Source: Welwitschia mirabilis (lineage: Eukaryota). Taken from it: DNA of 38,031 nucleotides. Below the pieces are notes generated by a model that worked only from the letters and a program-made list of their open reading frames with translations, did not search any database and was not told the origin of the DNA. Both the position numbers and the translations under genes were made by a program. Where the stretch lies: positions 43,650,429 through 43,688,459 of the forward strand of contig JBOZIK010000001.1 in the NCBI GenBank assembly GCA_051453625.1. The letters run 5' to 3'. The first letter of the stretch is position 1, and the number at the start of each line of letters is the position of its first letter. This document shows positions 1-10,469 of this stretch, one piece after another.

Positions 1-310
1 AAATCGTTTTTTGCTACATCAAATACTCTAGTTGAAAATCGTTTATTTTCAAAATGACATTTCATCAATCCAGTTCTTGTGTCTATGATGCAATGGGTAT
101 TGCACAAAAAGATCTACTTAGAAGTAGAGGATATCCACCTTGATTCTCAAATTATAAAACAACTAGATCTATGGGGTAAAAATATTCCTCTATCTAAATG
201 ACTAAGTCCTTGATCACACCTAAGGGTCTTTTGACAGATGAATCAGCTAACTCTAAGATACTTTATATAGGTTCTATTTGTTCTTCTAATCCTAGATGTT
301 TACACATAGT
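1..310 (-). pseudogene. pol: Decayed retrotransposon aspartic protease region (element A)
   Basis: Reverse-strand translation gives ...ILELADSSVKRPLGVIKDLVI*IEEYFYPIDLVVL*FENQGGYPLLLSRSFCA, matching the Athila-type LADxS.P.G...PxDFxV...PLLLGRxF segment. It aligns with ORF 14606-14857. Confidence 0.85.
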
Positions 311-1083
311 NNNNNNNNNNNNNNNNNNNNNNNNNNNNNNNNNNNNNNNNNNNNNNNNNNNNNNNNNNNNNNNNNNNNNNNNNNNNNNNNNNNNNNNNNN
401 NNNNNNNNNNNNNNNNNNNNNNNNNNNNNNNNNNNNNNNNNNNNNNNNNNNNNNNNNNNNNNNNNNNNNNNNNNNNNNNNNNNNNNNNNNNNNNNNNNNN
501 NNNNNNNNNNNNNNNNNNNNNNNNNNNNNNNNNNNNNNNNNNNNNNNNNNNNNNNNNNNNNNNNNNNNNNNNNNNNNNNNNNNNNNNNNNNNNNNNNNNN
601 NNNNNNNNNNNNNNNNNNNNNNNNNNNNNNNNNNNNNNNNNNNNNNNNNNNNNNNNNNNNNNNNNNNNNNNNNNNNNNNNNNNNNNNNNNNNNNNNNNNN
701 NNNNNNNNNNNNNNNNNNNNNNNNNNNNNNNNNNNNNNNNNNNNNNNNNNNNNNNNNNNNNNNNNNNNNNNNNNNNNNNNNNNNNNNNNNNNNNNNNNNN
801 NNNNNNNNNNNNNNNNNNNNNNNNNNNNNNNNNNNNNNNNNNNNNNNNNNNNNNNNNNNNNNNNNNNNNNNNNNNNNNNNNNNNNNNNNNNNNNNNNNNN
901 NNNNNNNNNNNNNNNNNNNNNNNNNNNNNNNNNNNNNNNNNNNNNNNNNNNNNNNNNNNNNNNNNNNNNNNNNNNNNNNNNNNNNNNNNNNNNNNNNNNN
1001 NNNNNNNNNNNNNNNNNNNNNNNNNNNNNNNNNNNNNNNNNNNNNNNNNNNNNNNNNNNNNNNNNNNNNNNNNNNNNNNNNNN
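311..1083. other. Assembly gap (others: 7285-7384, 9232-9331, 12953-13052, 15465-16069, 18323-18362, 36385-36484, 37697-37796)
   Basis: Runs of N. Five are exactly 100 N, i.e. unsized placeholders. Confidence 0.99.
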
Positions 1084-2760
1084 GAAGAAGGGAAGGAATG
1101 ATTTTCTAAGATTTTATGTCTTCTTCCTCATAGTTTTTGTCATTTTGGGAAGTTAAAGCCTCATGAGTAGGAGGAGTTGTGATAGTTCCATTCCTTATCA
1201 CCACTGTACAGTCTTTTTCTACTTTTTTTGAATTTGGTAAAGTTGAGTGGCAAGGGTCCCTTATGATCTTTGGTTGGCAAGCATAATTTGTTGCAAGATA
1301 TTCACAACATTTTTGATGTTTAAGTTTGTCTTCTCTTGAGTTTTTCTCAAATCCTTAATAGAATTTATAAGAGGATTGCTATGGTTTTGGGAGTTGGAAG
1401 GGTTTGCCAAGTTATTCAGATAGTTGGATTGAAATTTTTAATGTTAAAATCTATTTTTGAAATGATTGGAAGTTAAGATAGTGTGTTTGAAAATTGTTAG
1501 GCTGTTCATTCATCCTATTCTGAAAATTGTAACTTGAAATTTATCTTTGGTTATAGTTTTTAATATAGTTAGAGGGTCCTTGGTTTAAAGCACAAATTTC
1601 TTCATAAATTCTCTCTTTGCACATAGGAAGTAAAGGATAATATTTCATGAAGTGATAACTATCCTCGCATAAATCACAAGTTGGAACAATAATTTAGCTT
1701 TTCTCAGTTGCCACTTTAGCATCAAGGATCATCTGGGTGTATTTATCTAAGGTAGATATTAAATCCTTAATAATGCTATTTGGTTCATATTCTCTTTTGG
1801 TTGTAGCTTTCTCGTGTTTGACTTCTTTGAGGTATTTGATGATTTAGCCTACTATTTTGTTTTCTCTAGATGAGGTTTTTTGGCCAAGTTTGACTTACTT
1901 TGACTAAATCTTCTAATATCTTCCAAGCATCTTCTAGGGTTTTGTTTAAGAGGTTTCCTTCACAAGAGAAATCTATAATTTTCTTAGTATAATAGTTTAA
2001 TCCACTATAGAAATAGTCTATTAATTCTACATCAGAAAAGGCATCTATAGGATTTGAGTGTAAAGCAATAAAAAATCGCTCATAGGTAGAGACATAGTCT
2101 TCGTTAAGCATTGTTAGAAGTTTGTAACTTCTTTCTTATGTTTCTAAATGGTAGTTTTTTTAATGAATTTTTTGATAAAGGCTTCTTGGACTTGACTTCA
2201 ATATTTAAAGGTCTTATGAGGGATTGTTCTAAGCCAAATTTTTTTCTTTATCTCTCAAGATCATAGGAAAGATAACCATACAGGTTCTATCAGTTATTTT
2301 CTTTCTATCATTTCTAAACATAAAGATGAGTTGTTTAATGTTGGTGATATGTTAAAGAGGGTCTTCATCAAGTTATCCTTAAAAGGTAGGATAAGCATTC
2401 AAGTTTTTTTGGTTCTACATCATCACCAGGAGGTAAGTCGAAGGGGTTTTGAATTTCAAATCTTTTATTTGCTAATGAGATCTCTTAGAGTAGCATGAGT
2501 ATTAGTGAGAGAAGGAGCAAAAGTAATGGTTTCAATGACAGAGAGTAGATTCAAAGAGATAGGTTGATTTTGGTAAGAGGTCGACATGGTATCAAATTCA
2601 AACTCTTCTATAGAATTAAAATCAGAAATTTCAAAATATTGTAAATTTTGCATACCTGGGCTATTTTGATTTGTTTCAATGTCAAAATTTAGCAAATATT
2701 CTCTATTTTCTGCAACTAATTATTTCTCTCTCTGGTATTTTTTGCCTTTTTCTATTTTCA
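1084..2760 (-). pseudogene. gag: Decayed Athila-like gag (element A)
   Basis: ORF 1866-2111 reads LIDYFYSGL...IDFSCEGNLLNKTLEDAWKILEDL, matching the Athila gag motif FYxGL...DxxxGGxLxxKTxxEAxxxIE. ORF 2465-2695 is homologous to 37170-37420. Many stops and frameshifts. Confidence 0.85.
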
Positions 2761-3031
2761 CCATTCAGTTTCGGATCTCAAAAGGTGTCATCCTGTACAT
2801 CATCTGGACAGTAATCTAGATGACAGAAACAAAGAAAACCATAGAAAAGAGGAAAAGAAAAAAAGGGAGAGTCATCTGACTATGACATCTGGATGATTAA
2901 GGGGATGTCAGAAGTTAGTTAAAAAATATAAACTAAAATAAAAAACTTATAGAGTACTGGTACACCACTACTGTAGTAAACATCTACAATATCCACCAAA
3001 GCAATAACAACTCTGGATCTCCAAGCAGCCT

Positions 3032-3049
3032 TTCCCAATAACGGTGCCA
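3032..3049 (-). promoter_or_regulatory. Primer-binding site, tRNA-Asp type
   Basis: Minus strand reads TGGCACCGTTATTGGGAA, 3 nt after the LTR end CACAACA. It resembles TGGCGCCGTTGCCGGGGA, the complement of the plant tRNA-Asp 3' end typical of Athila. Confidence 0.85.
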
Positions 3050-3052
3050 ATT

Positions 3053-4148
3053 TGTTGTGGTACAAATTTATGAAATGTTTCATGTCTTGATCTAAATCCT
3101 GTTAATTACAAATAAGGTGCACACACATAGCATACTAGTATAGTTGGGAGTGATCTGAATGTCATAATTCTGTCAAAAGCCAATAGTATGGGAGTATAAG
3201 AGTTGATTTCAAGATAGAAATATGTAACCCTAATCTACTAAAATAAATTGAAATGCATGGAATTGAAATATACCTATGCAGAATTAATCTAAGAAAAGAA
3301 ATAACGATGCACCTAGAACTAATTAAGCTCAGCCTTGACAAAGGCTGCCCTCATAATCTATATCATAGAAGAAACCTATTACAAATCTTAAACAACATAA
3401 ACTATAAGGAATAAGTTCTTGTAAATATTGAACATAAAAGAACATAATTCCTATTAAAAAGTATAAAAGACATCTTTATCACAAAGTAGTCATTCCTCAA
3501 TGGCAGAAACACTACTCAACACTAAGATAACATCTCTCTAGTTTACAAGATGGTATCCTAGTACTAAGATATCCTATAATGAGTATATTAGGTACTATCA
3601 AAGATGATTAGGGATTAAGAGTAATATCTTTATTTATAGACAGAAAAGAAAGGAAAACTGACATAGAAGTATAGAAGAAAGCTTAACTAACATGCAAAGT
3701 AAAGTAGCGATAACTCAGAAAAACATTTAGTAAAAGTGGGAGAGAACAGTGTCATCTTTCTAGTCGTCTGGATGAAGGAGGAGACGAGACAACAAGAACT
3801 AATAATGAGATATCTGGTTTGCTCCTAGTCTAACTAATCATCAACTGCATGTGAACTTGTTATCACCCTATTTGAGATGTCATCCATTATTGATGTCAGG
3901 ATGATTAGGTGATGAGCTTATGTCAATCTTCAGTCAGTCTGATTGCTCATTGTTTGTAGGAATTATTATCCAAAAATACAATTTATCCATATCTATAATA
4001 AATGCTTGTAATTTATTTGGAAAATACATGTTTTCATTCTCTTTGTCTCAGTTCTTGATTATCATAAGAATTAAGCATTTATTTGTTAATTCATCTTTAA
4101 AACAACTCAAAATACCCTATCAATTACACATAAGTTGATAGCGGAACA
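3053..4148 (-). repeat. 5' LTR of element A (~1.1 kb)
   Basis: Minus strand starts TGTTCCGCTATCAACTT and ends ACCACAACA. Colinear with the LTRs at 32290-33500 and 36485-36799. Confidence 0.85.
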
Positions 4149-5080
4149 AATCAGATCAGAGTTAGTGTGGGAGGAATTTGCATATACATTGAGCCATAGT
4201 AAATCACAGTGATCAAAGGGTTCCCCAAAGATGAAAAAAGGGTCAACCATGATGGGTGTAAGTTAAATAGACAAGCCTCTGTCATTCAGCTAGAGTTATC
4301 ATATCACATAGATGATAATTGGCGAGGGGTCACTATATCATATTTGCCTTCCTATTATTATATCCTTTATTGATCCATCATCCATAAATTATTTTTAATT
4401 CATCATGATTTACATGTTATGATTGCCCACATTTAGATTTTAGCCCTTATTCATCATGGAGAGAGCATAAACTTAAATACCTTGATCTAGCATCGACTAA
4501 GATGGATGAGTATTCAATGCCGATTTTTCACTATTACCTATCCTTGCTTACTGAGTGCTTTCTTTAGATGATTCAAGATCCCTATCCTAGTAGAGACTCC
4601 ATATTTAGTCCACATTTTAGTTGATAATACCTATGTTAGAATACTGGGGATAGATATCCCAAGTATGACTCCACTGTCTCCTAGTGAGGCCCTTATAGCA
4701 TAGTCAACTCCTCCTAGATAGCCTCAGGTAGTTGGACGCATTACACTAGATTAAGTGATAGCTTTATTTGAAGGTGTGGAGTAGAGATTATCTTTGTAGA
4801 TAGAGGCCTTCATGTCCATACTATAACATGACTTGATTAGCTAGAGGCACATGTTCACATGATAATGAAGCAGGGTAGAGATATCTTGGAAAGTATAATA
4901 GATGTTTAGTAGAATACTTTAGTAGGAATCCCTAAAGTGACTCGTGTATATCATGATGTGACCACATCTAGCTTATGAGAGCATATCTCTCATTACTTTT
5001 AAGACATTGAGGAGCCTATGATTGAGCCACTTATGAAGATAGGTGATAAGAGAGATATTGATATGGAGGTTGAGTTCTAG
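4149..5080 (+). pseudogene. Decayed 3' extra ('env-like') ORF of element C
   Basis: Manual translation gives LPSYYYILY*SIIHKL...LALIHHGESINLNTLI*HRLRW...(L)PYPCLLSAFFR*FKIP. This parallels LTPTYKVLHIGLIHNI...LALFR*FEIP in element B. Confidence 0.6.
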
Positions 5081-5374
5081 TTCTCTCTACATAGGGACTC
5101 ATGATTATTGATGTAGTCCTTTCATCTGAGTTACATGAAAAATATGCTTCTTTCATGTTATTGTACTCATGCACCTTATTCTTGTACTAGTAGTTAACAT
5201 TTATTTGATGCTTATTTCTTTGATTACTTTTTTAATCTTAATTACCACTTTTTATAGACATGAAAATTATTTTTTGATTGGATTTTAAGGCTTTCTTTCC
5301 CTAGTAAATTGGCATTGCAAAGTCCTCTTTCACTTTGTTTATCAAGGGACTACAAAAAACTAGATAGAAGGATA

Positions 5375-6575
5375 TGTTATAATATCAATTTGTTATATTT
5401 TAACAGTGTAATTGGTAATGTTTTGTAGGGAAGAGGAACTTAATTCATTCATTTTTAGGAATATTATCATGAAACAATTTAATAACTTAATTATGATCTT
5501 AACTATTATATTTTCATTCATAAGGCTAGGAATTAAAGAAAGAAAAAATTAGAGTAAAGATAAGCAGAAAAAGCTAAAGAATTAGTTATCGTCCCTACTA
5601 CTGTCCCCATAACATAGGACACAATGATATCAAAGCTAAGGAAATGCTAATAAGACGAGGCTAAGCCAAGACTAGCATGGCAATCTGATGTGACTATCAT
5701 ATTCTATTTCATTTACATGACATAAGGGATAACACAACCATTAAACTTTGAGTTCAAATCCTAATAATCTCCTAACATAATAGTCTATGATTTGATGATA
5801 AAAGGATGTTATGCCATATTTCATTCCAATGATAACAATAACATGATAGTATCATAATGTCTTTCTAACTGAGCTAATTAATATCTAGTTTACACCTAAT
5901 AATGTCTCTTTCCATGTACTGATCTTATATACTTGTAACCACATTAGGAAAACTATATACACCCCCATTTGGCATCATTTAGTCATCTTTTGGGATTTGT
6001 GGATTGGCGACAAAGGCATCCTAGGCATTGAAGATCCATTTTAGCATAGGAGAGATAATTCTTAGTGATTAGGTTATGTTTCTATCATTGATAAATTATT
6101 GCCTACTGAGGTGTTCGTAAGAAATTAAATTTATTGGATAAAATATCTTTCTTTTCTCTAATTCATCTTATTCCTCTTATGGCTTGTATGATGTTTGATT
6201 AATCTATTATTTATATTAATTTTGATTTAAATATAGGTCATAAGGACTAAGCTTAAGTGATAACAACTTAGAATTAGTTATCATAGGCTTGCATTTCGAT
6301 TTTCATTCATTTTCATATTTCATAATTAGAATAGTTGCCTTATCCATTTCCCTAATTTCATTAAAAAATACAAAACGCATTAAATAGATTTTACTAAATT
6401 TCAAATGATTATTCTTTCTTAATTATGTTCTTGATTAATATATTTTCTTATGCTCTCCAAATTATGTCATTCATTGGTTGAACCATCCTATACTAAGCCT
6501 AATTGCAATTCCATTATTTTTAGAATTAACTTCTTTAAAGTGCAATTAGGCCACCAATAGGCAAGTTTCACAACA
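5375..6575 (+). repeat. 3' LTR of element C (~1.2 kb)
   Basis: Bounded by TGTTATAATATC...TTTCACAACA and preceded by a PPT at ~5362-5372. Colinear with the LTR at 7499-8560 plus 23881-24003. Confidence 0.85.
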
Positions 6576-7284
6576 TCAGTAGGAACTAGAGAGATTATTA
6601 TCTATTAGAAAAATGGATAAAAATAACAGAGAATGAAAGAAAAATAAAGGAAAAGAAATTGACCTGTGGTTTTATCACACTCTCATCTAGGCATGTCATC
6701 TAGATAACAACCCTAGGATTATTGTTAGAAAAAATCTTAGTTGTTATCTTCTATATTATCGAGATAAATTGGTGGATAAGAAGAATTTAAAAAGTTTAAG
6801 AAAAATGAAGATGTTAGCCAAATTAATTAGGCTTAGATATTATCATGAAGGTATCAGATTTTATCAGAAAACATGAAAAATAGGGAATGGTGAAGATTCA
6901 TAATGAATGAATATGATAAGAAAAAATCAAAGGAATCAAAATATAGGATGATCAAAATGCATTAAGTAGATTGAAGCCTATGAAAGAAAATTTTAAAAAT
7001 GTGTTAAAACTAAAAGATAATCATAAAAATATGTAGAACTCCTAAAGCCAAAGGAACTACATAAAAATTATGAGAAGATCATCTATTTAAAATGATAAAA
7101 AAAAGATTAAATTTTTATTAATAAAACAACATGAATGAAAATGAGAATAATAACAAGAAAACTACTAAGTGATAAGGTCCTAGAAATGATGATGAAAAAG
7201 TATGAAATAAACTTTGAAATAATAAATGAAAGAATTAAAGAAAGAAAGAATGATAACAAACACAAGAACCATAAAGAAGATAGC
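6576..7284 (-). mobile_element. Fragment of Athila-like non-coding internal region (between pol and the extra ORF)
   Basis: The reverse complement of ~6640-6720 (ATCTAGATGACATGCCTAGATGAGAGTGTGATAAAACC...) matches 20228-20290 of element B. Confidence 0.65.
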
Positions 7285-7384
7285 NNNNNNNNNNNNNNNN
7301 NNNNNNNNNNNNNNNNNNNNNNNNNNNNNNNNNNNNNNNNNNNNNNNNNNNNNNNNNNNNNNNNNNNNNNNNNNNNNNNNNNNN

Positions 7385-8560
7385 GTAAATTAATTTTTGA
7401 TTAAATTTGGAGGATTTCTTTTCCTAGTAAATTGGCATTACAAAGTTTTCTTTTTCTTTGTTTATTAAGGAACTAACAAAATGCTAGGTGAGAGGCTATG
7501 TTGTGATACTAATTTATCATATTTTAATAGTGTAAGTGGTAATGTTTTGTAGAAAACATGAATTCAATTCAGTTATTTTCAGGAATATTATTGTGAAGTA
7601 ACTTAATAGATCAATTATGATCTTAATTACCATATTTTCATTCATAAGAATAAAAATTCAACCAAGGAAAAAATTAGAGAAAAGATTGAAAGAAAATCTT
7701 AAGGATTAGCTATGATCCCCTCTATCATCTTAATGACACAAGGCATAACAACAAGATGATAAGGCATTCGAGGCTAGCTTGATAAGGATGACTTGATGAG
7801 GCTGATGTGGTTATCATGCCCTATGTCATCCCGATGACATAGCAGATAACATATTCATTAAACCTTAAATTCAAATCCTAATGATCTCCTGACATGGTGG
7901 CCTATGATTGGATGATGAAAGGGTATCATGCTATAGTCATCCCAATGATAACAATAACATGATAGTATCATAACTTCTTCCTAACCAAGTTAATTAAAGT
8001 CTAGTTTGCACTTAATAATGCCTCTTCACCTATGCTGATCTTTTTGACCTATAACTACCTTAGGAAAACTATATAAACCCAATTTAACATTACTTAGTTA
8101 TCTTTTTGGCATTTTAGAATTGGTGATAAAAGCATCCAAGGAGTTAAAGGTCCATTTCAACATAGCAGAGATCATTCTTGGTGATTAGGCTATGTTTCTG
8201 TTATTGAGGAATCAGTGCCTTGCTGAGGTATTTGTAAGACATTTAATTTATTCAATAAAATGTATTTATTTTCTAATTCATCTTATTTCTCTTCTGACTT
8301 ATGTTATATTTATTTAATACTATTATTTAGATCAATTCTAATTTCTATATACGTCATAAGGGCTAAGTTTGGGTGGTAACAACTCAAAAATTGGTTATTA
8401 TATGCTTGCATCTTCATTTTTCATTCATTTTTGCATTTCATCATTAGAGTAATTGCATTTTTAATTTTCCTTTTTGAATAAAAAAATACAAGATTCATTA
8501 AAGCGATTGAATTAAAATGTAATTATTTATTCTTTCTTATTTATGTGCTTGATTAGTATG
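7385..8560 (+). mobile_element. 3' end of Athila-like element D: 3' UTR, PPT and LTR (starts 7499), interrupted by element B
   Basis: Colinear with 5270-6440. PPT AGGTGAGAGG is followed by TGTTGTGATAC at 7499. Homology stops at GTATG 8556-8560 and resumes at 23881. Confidence 0.85.
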
Positions 8561-10015
8561 TGTTTCATGACCAACTTACATATATTTGATAGGGTATTTT
8601 GAGTATTTTTATGGGATATTAGGCAATTTTATGCTAAAATTTCATCATTATAAATATTTGAGATGAAAGACACAAAAACATGAAAATTCCATGAAATTTT
8701 GTGACATTTATAGTAGTTAATAATACTTCCTATTTTTAAGATATATTTCTTGTAAACATTGAGGCTAATGCATTAAATGAATACTTGTAAAATCCTATTG
8801 TTTACCTCATCTTCTAGATGATAGTATGGATGATACAACAACTAAAGTTAACAAGGATATTAACTATGATCTATTTGGTAAATGACATGGATTATTTATG
8901 AGGTGGCATCGTCCCCTATATCATCTAAACAACGAACAGGGTAACATCTATTGTAACATTCCATTGAACATTCACCTAACTCTTGCCATTTATTTGTATG
9001 TCTTTTGCACATCCATTAGGGTTGTACCTACATCTTTCTATCTATCTTGTTTTTTCTGTGTTTATTATTAATAAGTATTAATTCCATCCTTGACTCCATC
9101 TAGTCTTTACTTACATTAGAAATTCTTGTGATAGAAGATCAAAGGACTAAAGATCCATCCTTAGTAGTTGCAGAGAGACATCTTCCATGGTGTTGGATTG
9201 TGCTTCCTCTAGTAAGGTGCATCTACTTTGTNNNNNNNNNNNNNNNNNNNNNNNNNNNNNNNNNNNNNNNNNNNNNNNNNNNNNNNNNNNNNNNNNNNNN
9301 NNNNNNNNNNNNNNNNNNNNNNNNNNNNNNNAACTCTTGCCATTTATTTGTATGTCTTTGTGTGGCCATTAGGATTGTTCCCATTCTTATTTATCTATCT
9401 TTTATTTGTGTGCTTGTTATCAACAACTATTAATCCTACCCTTAACTCCAACATTTTTTTACTTACACCTTAAATTCTCATGACAGAAGATTAAAGGATC
9501 AAAGATCATCCTTGGTAGTTGTAGAGAGATGTCTTCCTTGGTATTATGCTATGCTTCCTCCACTGAGGTGTGGCTACTTTGTAATATAAATGTGGTTCAA
9601 CTTTTAATACAAAGACAATTTTCTATTTCTTATGCATCTTGTTACTTATTCCTCATAGTTTATGTTACTTTTGATTTAGTGATAGCTTCTTGAGTGATAC
9701 AGGTTATGAAGGAAAACCCTTATCAAGATTAAGTATTATTAATTAGGTGTATTATTCCTTTTTATTCCTAAATTAAATTTGCATAAGTGTATTAAATTAT
9801 ACTTTTGTACATTACAATTTATTTTTATTACTAGAATATGTAAGTGTTTTTAGTGAAATCAATTCTATTTCTTCTAGCCTAGGCCTTTAATAGATTACAA
9901 CTTTCATGTCAACTTCTGTCTATATTAGTGTATTATGTTGTGCAAAATATTTATTTTATTTGTAAATGACAGGATCTTATTGAATGTAATCATTGCACAA
10001 ATATGCACCACAACA
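8561..10015 (+). repeat. 5' LTR of element B (contains a 100-N gap and a ~250 bp duplicated segment)
   Basis: Bounded by TGTTTCATGACCAACTT...GCACCACAACA. Removing the gap and duplication leaves ~1.1 kb, equal to the 3' LTR. Confidence 0.88.
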
Positions 10016-10018
10016 TCT

Positions 10019-10036
10019 TGACATTGTTACATGAAA
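10019..10036 (+). promoter_or_regulatory. Degenerate PBS (tRNA-Asp type) of element B
   Basis: TGACATTGTTACATGAAA lies 3 nt after the LTR end, at the same position and in the same context as the PBS at 3032-3049. Confidence 0.6.
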
Positions 10037-10469
10037 GGATGCTTAAAGTTTAAGAGTTCTTGTTGCTTAGGTAAGTATTTGGATCTTAGTTTGGATGTTT
10101 CCCTACACCAACCTTATATTTTTATCTATATAGTATAGGTTTCTTTTCATAGTTTTAGTTTTTTTATATTCTATAATAAAGTCTCTATCATTTAATTCAT
10201 CATCTCGATGACATGTAACAACAATGATCTATGTGCCTTGAGTTTTTAGATTTTCATTTTTTTAAAAATTTTTTAGGATTTTTTCTATCATCCCTCTATC
10301 ATCTAGATGACTTAGGAGGATGATAATCTATTTTTTGAGTTTTTTATGTCTGTCATTTTTGCATTTCTATTTTCTATATTTTTTTGGTTTTTTTTTTCTG
10401 TATTTTATCATCTAAACTATTGTATGGATGACTACAGAGATGATACTCACTATGCATCAAAAACTAAGA

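Larger units (their letters stand above)
1..4148 (-). mobile_element. Athila-like Ty3/Gypsy LTR retrotransposon, 5' part (element A: LTR, PBS, gag, protease; continues off the window start)
   Basis: Minus-strand order is LTR (4148-3053), tRNA-Asp-type PBS, leader, gag-like remnants, then the aspartic protease C-terminal region at 310-1. Homologous to 36485-38031 and to 10016-14860. Confidence 0.88.
4149..6575 (+). mobile_element. 3' part of an Athila-like element (element C: extra-ORF remnant, 3' UTR, PPT, 3' LTR)
   Basis: Extra-ORF remnant homologous to ~21500-21750. Pre-PPT motif CTAGTAAATTGGCATTGCAA (~5301) recurs at ~7425 and ~22701. Purine tract AGATAGAAGGA precedes an LTR starting TGTT. 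Confidence 0.75.

Noticed and set aside
198..1156. Long ORFs in the track (198-1109, 296-1156; also 7135-7404, 9128-9473, 15416-16087)
   Set aside because: Artefacts of translating through N runs.
3032..3049. tRNA-like sequence as a tRNA gene
   Set aside because: Only the 18-nt PBS complement is present, with no cloverleaf.
5270..8560. 5375-6575 and 7499-8560 as the paired LTRs of one small element
   Set aside because: Both are preceded by a 3' UTR and PPT, so both are 3' LTRs. No PBS follows the first, and a gap separates them.
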